The notes under the pieces are model-generated. The model was not told where the DNA came from. It made no database searches and worked only from the letters and a program-made list of their open reading frames with translations. From Heteronotia binoei (Eukaryota), in contig NC_083237.1 in the NCBI RefSeq assembly GCF_032191835.1, positions 23,560,001 through 23,624,000 of the forward strand: 64,000 bases of DNA, in the 5' to 3' direction. Position 1 is the stretch's first letter. Every line of letters starts with the position of its first letter. Below are positions 42,611 to 54,600 of the stretch, in pieces. The position numbers and the translations under genes are program-made.

Positions 42611-45600
42611 CTGTAGGGAAACAAGTCAAAAGCTTAAAGCAAAGGACACTGCCTTAACTTGTAAGAGTAGCACTGTACTTCTGACAAAGGGAGCATTGAC
42701 CCCCCAAAAGCTTATACCAAAAGCTTCTTGTTGGTCTCTTAAGGTGCCACTGAAATGAATCCAGCAGTTCTACTGTAGATCAGCACAGCTGCCCTCTGAA
42801 ACAAAGTTGTCCAGGCAGCCACAGAATTACATCTTGTAGTCTTCATTGTTTCTGGCCTTGTTCTAGTTTTCTCACATTTGCTAATGCTCTGTCTTTCATG
42901 CATTTCCAGACTGTCCTTTCTATATTGACCTCCATTTCACACTTGCACATCCCTCTTAGTTTACACCAGTGTTTCCGATTAACACTGCTTCTGGTGAGAA
43001 CCAATGGTAAGAGATTGGAAGGCGGGGGGAGTTAGATGATGCACTGAAGAGGAACCTGTAAAGGACTTTGGAGACACCATTCGGTGGGAAGTTCTTGCAA
43101 AGAGGGACATGAAACAGTGCAGACTATAGACACCTAGTTGGTGATACAATAGCTGTTTCTGGATATGCAACAAACACAAGAAGCCATATGGCAATCTTGT
43201 CTTTACTTGGACATAGGAGGTCTTTTTCATTGAGGTATGAAGATGTGGAAATCTTTAGGGTCACTGATAGTGGATTCTAACTGGCTAGAGAACTGTCATT
43301 ATAGTCACATTGCAGTAAATTGAATGCTGGATTAGATGTCAGTCTTGGCTTGAGACAAGTTGTCCTCTTAAATCTTGAAACAGCAGCAACAACTGGCACA
43401 TGTATTTATATATCCTTCCTTAAACTTGCCAAATTAAAAAAAGGAATATTTTGGCAGCATCAGGGCTAGCATGACCCTCCACATTCTGCATTTCTTCAGT
43501 TCAAACAGACCTTGGTCAAGGACAATTTTTTATATACCAAGGATGTTGTGACTCCTCAGACTGGCCCCATTGCTTTAAAAAAAAAGAGTTAGCTCTAACT
43601 TTGCCCCAGTAATTGGGTTTGTTAATCACCAAATTGAACTTAATCTGAACATACATTATCGAAATCTCCCAAGAACACTGAAAAAAATCCTCTTTTTATG
43701 AAGATTGAAGGTTGTCATAGGAATTAGGCTGCTGAACAAAGTTTGAGTCAAGTTGCACCTTTAAGGCCGACAAAGTTTATTCAAGGTAGTAGTTTTTGTG
43801 TGCAAGCACACTTCTTCAAAGGAAATATGATGTGACTGGGCTCACCTGCTGTAGGGCGACGGGGCTCCTCGCAAACCATGGAAGGCAGCTGGGTGTTGCA
43901 CATAAGCCTCAGCTCCACTGGGGTTTGTCCCTCCAGTGGGGAAGAAGGAGCAGGAAGGGTGTGGAAGCACCAGGGGTGGTGGCTGCTGTGGCTGGTGATC
44001 CAAAGGCATCTCCTCTGTAAGGGTCGAATCGCATGGGCCTTTTTTGCTCTCTAGGTGGAAAAGAGGCTAGGAGGTTATAATTGGAAAGGGGCAGCTCAGG
44101 AAGTGAAATGGGGACAATACGAGTTGTGTGGATGTATAGTAAGCAAGTGACTGTTATGAAAAACATAGCATAAATGATGCTGAAAGTAGAATTCACAGCT
44201 CAACAGGTTCAGAAAGAAGGGGCAGTCTGGGAAGTTGTCATCGGATGGCTCACCTTAGCCTGTTCTAGTCAGATCTCAGACACTAAGCAAGGTCAACGCC
44301 AGTTAGTATTTGGATGGGAGACCACCAAGGGTGGTGCTTCACAGAGGTAGGCAATGGCAAATCACCTCTGTTTGTCTCTTGCCTTGAACAAACACTCTGC
44401 AGGGGTGTCAATGTGCGGCCAGGGGGCTGAATCAGGCCCCCAGAGGGTTCCTATCAGTCCCACAAGCAAATCTGCTTTATTCTCCCTCTCTCTTCTGAGT
44501 CACAGTTTGCTTTGCCAGGCCAGGCTTGCTCAATTGCACAGGAGCTACAGAGCAAAGCCTCTATTTTCTCCATTGGCTGAGGCTCCACCTTTGGGGAGGA
44601 AGGGGAGTAGGGATAGCTTCCTTTGCCAAGCTCTCTCAATTGCACAGCTCTCTTTCTTCAATTGGCTGAGGCTCCACCCCTTCTCATCCCCCAGGGAGGG
44701 AGGGAAAGAGCCAGAGCTTCCTTTGGCCAGTTCCCTCGATCACACAGGAAAGATGCAAAATCCTTAATTGTGTTTGTCTGTGTCCTTTATAAAGTTCATA
44801 TCTCCACTACCTGGGATTACATTTTATGACACATGTGGCCCGGCCCAACAAGGTCTCATTTATGTCAGATCCGGCCCTCATGAGTTTGACAATATTATGA
44901 CCCAGAGTTCAAGACAGCGTCATTAAAAATAACCACCGTAATGATGATTTCCCTGGCACTTTGTGCAGAACAAATGATTCATAGGAAGAGGTCAAAGCAG
45001 GTAAAGATCTCAAAGCAATGGTCACCCTCTCTTAGGGTACCAATACAATTTTACACCAGCATAAAAAGGTGTCTCATTCTGCCAATATTTTCTGTTCCTC
45101 TCCCTGCTACAACCTCCCTTGTTAATCCCTCTCCTGGAACAAAAGCCTCTGCTCTACAGGTAGTGTACAATATGGTTGTATTTGACTGCGAAAGTCTATT
45201 CTTCAGATATAATAGCACTTGAAAGAGAATGATCTGGTGGAGGGAATGGCTTAATAGGTTATAGGACTTGGGAGGAGGGGGAAGAGAGTGATGGGCTATG
45301 TGAAGGTGATAGGTAAGACTACCCAGTGAAAGGGAAGAAGATGATATTGGATTTATATCCCGCCCTCCACTCCGAAGAGTCTCAGAGCGGCTCACAATCT
45401 CCTTTACCTTCCTCCCCCACAAGAGACACCCTGTGAGGTGGGTGGGGCTGGAGAGGGCTCTCACAGCAGGTGCCCTTTCAAGGACAACCTCTGCCAGAGC
45501 TATGGCTGACCCAAGGTCATCCCAGCAGGTGCAAGTGGAGGAGTGAGGAATCAAACCCGGTTCTCCCAGATAAGAGTCCGCACACTTAACCACTACACCA

Positions 45601-48600
45601 AACTGGGACTGAGAGGGTGCCCATGGTGGGAGATGAAAGTCTATATTGAAAAAGGGAAACTTATGGCAATGACCAACTATCTAGAACTGAAACTGGTGAG
45701 CTGAGTGAGTCATGCTGAGAATCTTCTTTATGGTGATTAAAAGATTAGGGGTAGGAAGGTAAGTGGCAGAAAAGGGGTATATTTCTCTTACCGCTTTCTC
45801 CCACATTGGTTTCGCAATCATTTGACTTCATTTTCCTCTTGATTCTGGCCTCACGCTCCCTATATTTTGGAATGAAGGAGGCACAGTAAGGCATGTTTTC
45901 AGGACCAGATTAGAAGCAGGGAATGCTTGATTTATCTTGATTTTTGACCCTGTAGGATACTTCCAACTCTATGATTCTAGTGAGTTCAGACATGAGAATG
46001 GTTTCTTCTAATATTAACATCTGCCTCCCTTTCCCCTGCTCACCTTTTGCTGTTCATCCCATTCTCCCGGAAGCCTTTGGCAAAGGGGTTGCTCTCAATC
46101 TTCATTTGAGTAATCTGAGAAAGGAAGTAGGTAAATGCTGGTGATGAAAGGTGATGCACATCTCTATAGGACATGTTATTTCAGATATAAAATCAGGGAT
46201 TTTTTTGAGCAGGAACATAGTTCCAGCTGGCTTGGCACCAGGGGGTGTGGCCTAATATACAAATGAGTTGCTCCTGGGCTCCTTCTACATGAAAGCCCTG
46301 TGCAAAACAATGGTGACATCAAAGGGTGTGTGGCCTAATATGCAAATGAGTTCCTGCTGGACTTTTTCTACCAAAAAGCCCTGTATAAAATGCACATGTG
46401 CAGACACTTGGTCAATATCCTGTCAATCTTAGATTTTCAATTTTTCAAACTGAAGCAGTTTGAGTCCTCATTGCTGCGAGAATAGGGTTGAAAAAGTCTA
46501 TATATCATCTGAAATCTTAGGAAGTTGGGAGAAGCGCAAAACTACTTGTGGGGAGGGCGGGATAAAAATAGAAGTAAATAAGTAAATAAATGAGTCTGAT
46601 GCACAAAAGTGTCATGTGTAGTTCTTCATGTGACTAAAAGGAAAATAATAGATTGCAGAAAGAAAATATATTCAAACATATTCAGTTTGCCTAATTTCTT
46701 TTATTTAGGCTGCATAATTTAATTGACCTTCAAGCAACACTTTTTCATTTTTAAGGAAAGCATAAATAATGTCTACATATATAGGGCAATGATCTAAAAG
46801 GGAAGAAAGGACAAAGAGAGTGAGGAATTTCTTTGGAAGTCTGATGAAAGGTGAAAGATGGCAGAAATGAGGAAGTGCTCTACTTGCTCTGACAAATAGG
46901 TGCGGTGGCAAAGTCGGCACTGCCCTACAGAGCATCTGCCACAGTCACAAGTATTAAGATCCCAGTCTTAAATTTTAGGTATTTCCTGTGTGTGTGTAAC
47001 ATCTTTCTCAGTTCCTCTAGCAGTGATCTTAGGGTTGCCAATTCTGGTTTGAGAAATTCCTGAAGTTTTGTGGCCATTACCAAGGGAAGGGCTTCTATTT
47101 CTTTTATTCTCTATGGTATACCATAGAGTACACTCTCTGAAGCTGCCATTTTCTCCAGGGGTACTGACCTCTATAATATGGAGATCATTTGGAGCTTGGA
47201 AACTTTAATGGTTTGCCCTTCTCATCATAACCTTTTTGCAACCTGTTGTGACATTAAACTTAGCTAGCATTGTCTTGTACTGAGCAGGTAAAGCTATGGT
47301 GAGTAGCCAGAAATAACCCACATGTCCCTGCCATGCAGACAGTGTTCTTCAACTGAACTTGCTCTCCTCTCACCCTAGCAATGACAAAAATTCAGCTACA
47401 AAGGCCTGCAATTGTGTTGGCAGGAATAGAATTTTCTTTCCCCCCCAGAGGACAGGGATGATTCTGGGACATGGAAACCTTAAGTTCTCAGTCCTGGGCT
47501 CATCACTTTTCATTCTTGCTGATAATTAGGGATACCGGCCTCCAGATGGGATTTAGGGATCCCCCAGAATTACGGGGGGACATCTCCAGACATAAAAATC
47601 AGTTCCCCTGGAGAAAATGGATATTTTGGAGAGTGGACTGCATGGCATTGTGCCAAAGCAAGGTCCACGTCCTCCCCAAACTCTACTTCCTAATATTCAG
47701 GAGCTTCCCAACCTGCAGCTGACACCCTTACCACTCCCCAAAGGCCAAGGAGGACCTGGCAATCTTAACTGGTTCCTTTTTTTTCCTATATAAAAATCTG
47801 CCACAAATAACAGTGTCTACATCTTGGGGTGGGAGGAATGGGGATTGCATAGGGTTGCCAATCCCCAGGCTTTGCTATGCTTCTATTGAAAGGAACTGGC
47901 TTACTCCCTTGTAATATACAGCACAAGTGGAAGATATCATAATACTGATGAAGTGGGAAACCCGAAACGCGTCTATTATATTATTAACTAGTTGTTTGTA
48001 TGCTGTATCAGTTAATCCCTATGGGCTCGGTTTATAAGGATTTAATTGTTTTTTATGGTTGTCAATGTGAACTTTTGTGTTAAACATATTAAGTATGAAG
48101 CAGTTTTATATTTAAAAAGTATATAAACATATTTTAAAAGTATTAAAAAGTTTGGTAGTTTATTCATATCACAGAGATTGTTTTTGTTGTTTGCATAAAT
48201 CCCCAGATGGGAGCAGGAGATCCCCCGGTTTGGAGACCCTCCCTACACTTCAGGGTCATCAGAAAGCAGGGGTGGGAGAGGGAAATGTCTGCTGGGAACT
48301 CTATTATTCCCTATGAAGATTGATTCCCATAGGGTATAATGGAGAATTGATCCATGGGTATCTAGAACTTCTCATGGTCAAACACCAGCTCACCACATTA
48401 CTGGGGCTGGCCTGGTTTCGACCGCTGGGTATTCAAATAGTGGGGGTGCAGCAGATATGAACACAAAATTTCGAGCACATGTGCCGGGAATTCCTGGAAG
48501 TGTTTGATGGGTCCCTGGGGTGCTACAAGGTGCCTCTCATCACCTTGCCCCTCGATCCCCACGTGAGACCGATAAGGCTGAAGGCCAGGTGAGTTCCGTT

Positions 48601-51600
48601 CGCTCTTAAACCAAAAATAGAAGCAGAGCTGGACCGCCTCACGGCCCAGGGAGTGCTAGAACCGGTATCCTATGCTGCATGAGAAACACCCATAGTCACT
48701 CCAGTGTAGGGTTGCAAAGTCCAATTCAAGAAATATCTGGGGACTTTGGGGGTGGAGCCAGGAGACTTTGGGGGTAGAGCCAGGAACAAGGGTGTGACAA
48801 GCATAATTGAACTCCAAGAGAGTTCTGGCCATCACATTTAAAGGGACAGCACACCTTTTAAAATGTCTTCCTTCCACAGGAAATAATGGATAGGGGCACC
48901 TTCTTTTGGGGCTCATAGAATTGGACTCCCTGGTCCAATCGTTTTGAAACTTGGGAGGTACTTTGGGGAGAGGCATTAGATACTATATTGAAAATTTGGT
49001 GCCTCTACCTCAAAAAACAGCTCCCCCAGAGCCCCCGAGACCTACAGATCAATTCCCCATTATACCCTAAGAGAATTGATCTCCACATAGGGAATAATGA
49101 AGACGTTTCCGTCTCCTCTCCCCCCTCGCCCCCGTTTCTGGCAAATCTGATACAGGGGATTGGCCTCTCTACTCACGAGTTGCTGCCAGCTTCTTCACAG
49201 CAACACAGACACACCATCCCAAATTGAAGCCTTTCAATCAAGCCTCCGGAGGTGCAAAGGCACATGGTCCTTTGCGGGCGGGGCGGGGCTTCCCCCCACC
49301 GCCAGCCAGCTGACTGGGGGCGGGAAGCAGCCTGGGAAAACGGAAGAACAGCTGCTGCAATCAGGGCTGGGTGGGAAGGGAAGGGCAAGGAGAAGCTGCT
49401 GTGATCCGGGGTGGGAAGGGACGAGGAGAAGCATCGAGGATTGGTGGAAAGGGAAGGGACGAGGAGAAGCTGCTGGGATCGGGGCTGGGTGGGAAGGGCC
49501 GCCATTCCCCCTCCTCCCCCCCCTCCCGCTTTCCAGATTTTTGGCAAGTAGGGGGAGGAGGCTCCAAATCGGGGGTCCCCCGCCCAGGTGGGGGATTTGA
49601 GAAGCCTACTCCAGTGAAGCCGAATGGAGATGTGCGCATATGCGCGGATTACAAGTGCACAATAAATAAGGCACTTCAGGACAACTCATACCCCGTTCTG
49701 GTGGTCAACCATGTACTGGCAGCCCTAGCAGGCTCTAAGGTTTTTGGGAAACTGGACTTGGCCCAGGCGTACCAGCAACTTCCGGTGGACGCCGAGACAG
49801 CAGAAGCCCAGACCATTGTGACTCACAGGGGAGCTTTTCGGGTGCAGCGGTTGCAATTTGGGGTTGGTGTGGCTCCGGGGATTTTTTAGAGCATAATGGA
49901 TGCTCTTCTCAAAGGGATCCCCGGAGTGCAACTGTTTTTTGATGATGTTTTGATCGCTGCCCCGGATGCTGAGGAGTTCAGCAGCCGTCTGCATGAGGTA
50001 CTCTGCCATTTCCAGGTGGCGGGACTTAAAGTAAAGCGGGAGAAGTGTTCCCTTGGGGTGTTGAGAGTAGAGTTCTTGGGGTTTGCAGTAGATGCTGCAG
50101 GAATCCACCAGACGGCCGACAAGACCAGGGCTATTGTCCACGCCCCGGCACCCATGTGCAAGATGGAGTTACAAAGTTTCTTGGGATTATTAAATTTTTA
50201 TCATTCATTTTTGCCCCACAAAGCGGCCATCACGGAACCCCTTCATAGGCTCCTCGATAAAAACGCCCCGTGGGTCTGGAAAAGAAGCAAGCTGCCGCTT
50301 TTCAAGCAGTCAAGGACCTCCTAGTTTCCAATGATGGCATGCTCCACTGTTTTGACGAATCCTTACCAGTGATTCTGGCTTGCGATGCTTCCCCGAATGT
50401 GGTGGGCGCCGTTCTGGGGCACCCACTCCCGGACGGGAGGGAGGTTCCCATGGCCTATTATTCGAGGACCCTGACCCCCACGGAGCGCAACTATGCCCAG
50501 ATAGACAAGGAGGCCTTGGCAATAGTGGCGGGTGTGCATAAATTCAACGACTACCTGTACAGTAAGCATTTCACGATCGCCATGGACCATAAGCCGCTAC
50601 TGGGCCTCCTCACCCCAGACCACCAGACACCGCAAATTCTGTTACAGCGCATCCTGCGGTGGAACCAGTTCCTCAACTCGTCCACATATGCCCTGGTCCA
50701 CCGCCCCAGCAAAGCTATGGGACACGCGGACGCCCTCAGCTGCCTGCTGCTGCCCTCTATGGACCTGGATCTTGCCCCCACCCACCATGTGATGCTTATA
50801 GGGACTCTACCAGAGAGGCCCCTCCACGCCACCGAGGTAGCTAGGGCCACGGGTAGAGACTGCATCCTCGCACGCATTTTAGACTGGGTGGGAAGGGGAT
50901 GGCCCACGGGCAAACTGAACACAGAATTCAGGGCATTCGCATCACGCAGAGAAGAACTGGCCATGCACAAGGGGTGCCTTCTCTGGGGTAGCAGGGTGGT
51001 GGTTCCCCCCATTGCGGAAGCAAGTGCTGGAAGCCCTACACGAAACACACCCGGGGATAGTGCGCATGAAGGCCCTGGAACGTAGCTATGTATGGTGGCT
51101 GGGGATGGACGAGGAGATAGAAGGGTGGGTTCGAAAGTGCCAACCCTCACAAGAGTCCTGACCTGATCTGCCCAGTGCCCCTGTCCACCGCTGGGAGTCC
51201 AACAGGAGGCCGTGGTCCCGGTTACGCCTAGACTTTGCGGAGCCATACCAGGGCCAAATATTCTTTATCTTAGTCGATGCATACACCAAGTGGTTGGAAG
51301 TGATTCCCGTAGCTTCAACCTCCACCGCGGAGCGGTCAGAGCCTTGCATAAGGTCTTTTGCACTCATGGGATTCCCGAGACCCTCGTCACGGACAATGGG
51401 ACCGCTTTCACCTCCTGGGAATTCCAGGAGTTCTTGAATCGGTACCTCATCCAGCACATTCGGTCCGCCCCTTTCCATCCAGCCACCAAAGGCCAAGCAG
51501 AGCGCATGGTGCGCACCACTAAAGAGGCCCTGGGTCGCATTGTACAGGGAGACTGGGATCACCGCCTGGCAGCCTTCCTATTTGATAACAGAATCACCCC

Positions 51601-54600
51601 CAACCCCGTCACCGGGTTAAGCCCTGCCAAGTTACTAATGGGGAGGAAGTTGATCACGAGGCTTGACAGGTTGCATCCTGACGGGGCTATGGACCTTCCC
51701 AGTTTCCCCGAAACCAGGGAAGCCGCTAGGGGATTCTTTGCAGGGGATCCGGTATATGCAAAGAACTTTGCAAGCGGGCCGGAGTGGTTAGCCGCCCGGG
51801 TGCTGCGGGTCACCAGGTTCCGCTCCTACGAGGTCTCGTCGGAGAGGGGGGCCAGATCCTAAGGAAGCATATTGACCAGCTGCGCCGTCGCACATTGCCG
51901 GAAGAACCGACAGCGATCGGGGGAGCGGGAAGTGGGGGAGTGCTAACAGCAACACCCCCGGAAGCTGCACAGCCTATGCTGGCCGCACCGACTATACGGG
52001 TGGAAGAGCACCACAGCGGAGGGAGCACCCCCCCCCCCCGAGAGGAGATTCCGGAACAGCAACAGGTGACGGACAGCCCTTTTCTGGCGTCACCCCACCA
52101 CGAGGAACCAGCTGCCCCGCCAGCCACAGCGGCCACTCCAACTCCCCAAATAACCCCGAGGAGGTTGACCCGGGAACACAGGGCGCCAGCCTACTTGAAA
52201 GACTTTGTGTCTTGAACTAGGGGGGGAGGAGTGTTGTGCCCTGCATTTCAGTCCCGAAATTACAACACAGCGGACGCTACGGAGGTGACCAGTGGAAGTC
52301 CACTGGTCCCCGGATGTAGCTCCGCAAATACACTCCGCCAATCAAGATCTGTGGCGGGAAGTTTAACTGGCCAGGATTGGTCCTGGCCAGACTGAGGGTT
52401 GTTCGGGGTATGTATATAATCGGGACCCGGCCTGTGTTGCCTGGTCTTGTGATGTGCTCACTAATAAAGCATGTTGCCTTCAACATGTCTCGTCACTCAG
52501 TACATTACACTTTGCATCATAAATTCTTATAAGGTGCAATAATGAAGGTTGCTTGGAAGGCTTTTTAGGGTTGCCAGCCTCCAGGCAGGGCCTGGAGATC
52601 TGGAAATAAAACTGATCTCCAGACGACAGCGACCAGTTCCCTTGGAGACAATAGCTGCTTTGGAGGGTGAATTCCATGACACCAAAACCAACTGAAGTCC
52701 CTCCCTTCCCCAAGCCTTGCCTTTACCAGGCTCCATCCCCAAATTTCCAGGAGTTTCCCAACCTGGAGCAACCCATCCTAAAACACAATGGTGTCTTAAG
52801 AGGCAGTGAGGGAAGCTATCCATGTGTTACAATTAGGGTTGCCAAGTCTAATTCAAAAAATATCTGGGGACTTTGGGGGTGGAGCCATGAGACATTGGGG
52901 GTGGAGCCAAGAGCAATGTTATGAGTGTGACAAGCATAAATGAACTCCAAAGGGAGTTCTGGCCATCACATTTAAAGGGACAGTACATGCCTTTAAATGC
53001 CTTCCCTCCATTAGAAATAATGAAAGATAGGGGCACCTTCTTTGGGGGCTCATAGAATTGGACGTCCTGGCCCAATCTTTTTGAAACTTGGAGGGTATTT
53101 TGGGGAGAGGCACCAGATGCTATGCTGAAAGTCTACCTCAAGAAACGGCCCTTCCAGAGCTTCAGATACCCGCAAATCAATTCTCCATTATACCCTATGG
53201 GAATCGGTCTCCATAGGGAATAATGGAATGTCCAGCAGACATTTCTCTCTCCCTCTGCTTTCTGATGACCCTAAAGTGGGGGGGGGGCTCCAACCAGGGG
53301 GATCCCCTGCCCCCACCTGGGGATTTTGCAACCCTAGCTACAGCTGAGCACAGGTATATCCCAACTTCAAGGCTAAACTTTGGAGGAATCTCTACTCAAA
53401 CAGCCTCATTGGTTGGGCCAGTCTTGCTTGCTGCTCTTTCAGTCTTTAAAATCAAAATAGCAGCCTATGCTAGAAAGTACTGGGATTCAACGCTTGTGCC
53501 AGTTCCAGAGTATCTAGGAAAAAGGGAGATGGGGAGTTTTAAGGAGAAATTTATTTTATTTTCATTTATTTATTTAAAACATTTATTAGTCTCCTTTGTT
53601 ATGGAGCTGAAAAGCATCTTAAATTATAGAGATGGCTTTGGTCTCACCTGTGGATTCTGGTAGGCCGTGACAGTCAGAAACTGGGTCTCCGGAAAAGTGA
53701 AGGAAGCACAGCCGCCTCCTGCACCTCGGCGCCCTCCGGCTCCAACCACGTGAATCCGTGGCTGGTAACGATGCATGGAGTGGACAATCAGCTGAGAAAC
53801 ACAAGAGTCAGAGGTGAGTCGTCATAACCATATAGCTGCCCATAAGAACATAAGAGAAGCCATGTTGGATCAGGCCAATGGCCCATCCAGTCCAACACTC
53901 TGACCGTTTTCCCACTGACCTTACTCCGGAGCGACGTCCCTCTTCACCGCGCAGCGTCTGCGTGGATTTCCCACCAACTGCTGCGCACAACCAGGAAGAG
54001 CCGCGGCTTTTGCGTCGCAGATGTAAACTGTTTTTTAGCGATTTACATCTGCAACGCAAAAGCCGCGGCACTTCCTGGTTGTGTGCAGCAGTTGCTGGGA
54101 AATCTGCGCAGATGTTGCGCAGTGAAGAGGGACGTCGCTCCGGAGTAAGGTCAGTGGGAAAACGGCCTCTGTGTCACACAGTGGCCAAAATTTTTTTTTT
54201 ATATACACACACACACACACACTGTGGCTAATAGCCACTGATGGACCTCTGCTCCATATTTTTATCTAAACCCCTCTTGAAGGTGGCCGCCACCACCTCC
54301 TGTGGCAGTGAATTCCACATGTTAATCACCCTTTGGGTGAAGAAGTACTTCCTTTTATCCGTTTTAACCTGTCTGCTCAGCAATTTCATCGAATGCCCAC
54401 GAGTTCTTGTATTGTGAGAAAGGGAGAAAAGTACCTCTTTCTCTACTTTCTCCATCCCATGCATTATCTTGTAAACCTCTATCATGTCACCCCGCAGTCA
54501 ACGTTTCTCCAAGCTAAAGAGTCCCAAGTGTTTCAACCTTTCTTCATAGGGAAAGTGTTCCAGCCCTTTAATCATTCTAGTTGCCCTTTTCATAACATTC

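Larger units (their letters stand above)
47850..48365. mobile_element. 5' part of a TAGGGTTGCCA hAT MITE interrupted by a Penelope-like insert
   Basis: Starts tagggttgccaatccccag; the MITE resumes at 48198; truncated at the Gypsy junction near 48365. Confidence 0.7.
48366..52509 (+). mobile_element. Decayed, 5'-truncated Gypsy (Ty3/Gypsy, K02A2.6/Mag-like) LTR retrotransposon
   Basis: pol remnants in the order RT ([29 protein letters not shown]), RNase H (CDAS, KEALA, DHKPL), integrase (HHCC remnant, LDFA, TDNG, QAER). Stops (e.g. TAG 49887-49889) and frameshifts. PPT 52219-52231. No gag or 5' LTR. Confidence 0.93.

Noticed and set aside
46841-46870. CTGATGA...GAAA hammerhead-like string
   Set aside because: No stem II or stem III pairing and no properly placed NUH site; chance match.
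47200-48366. 5' LTR, PBS or gag of the Gypsy element
   Set aside because: No copy of the 52232-52509 LTR upstream; pol begins abruptly against a MITE.
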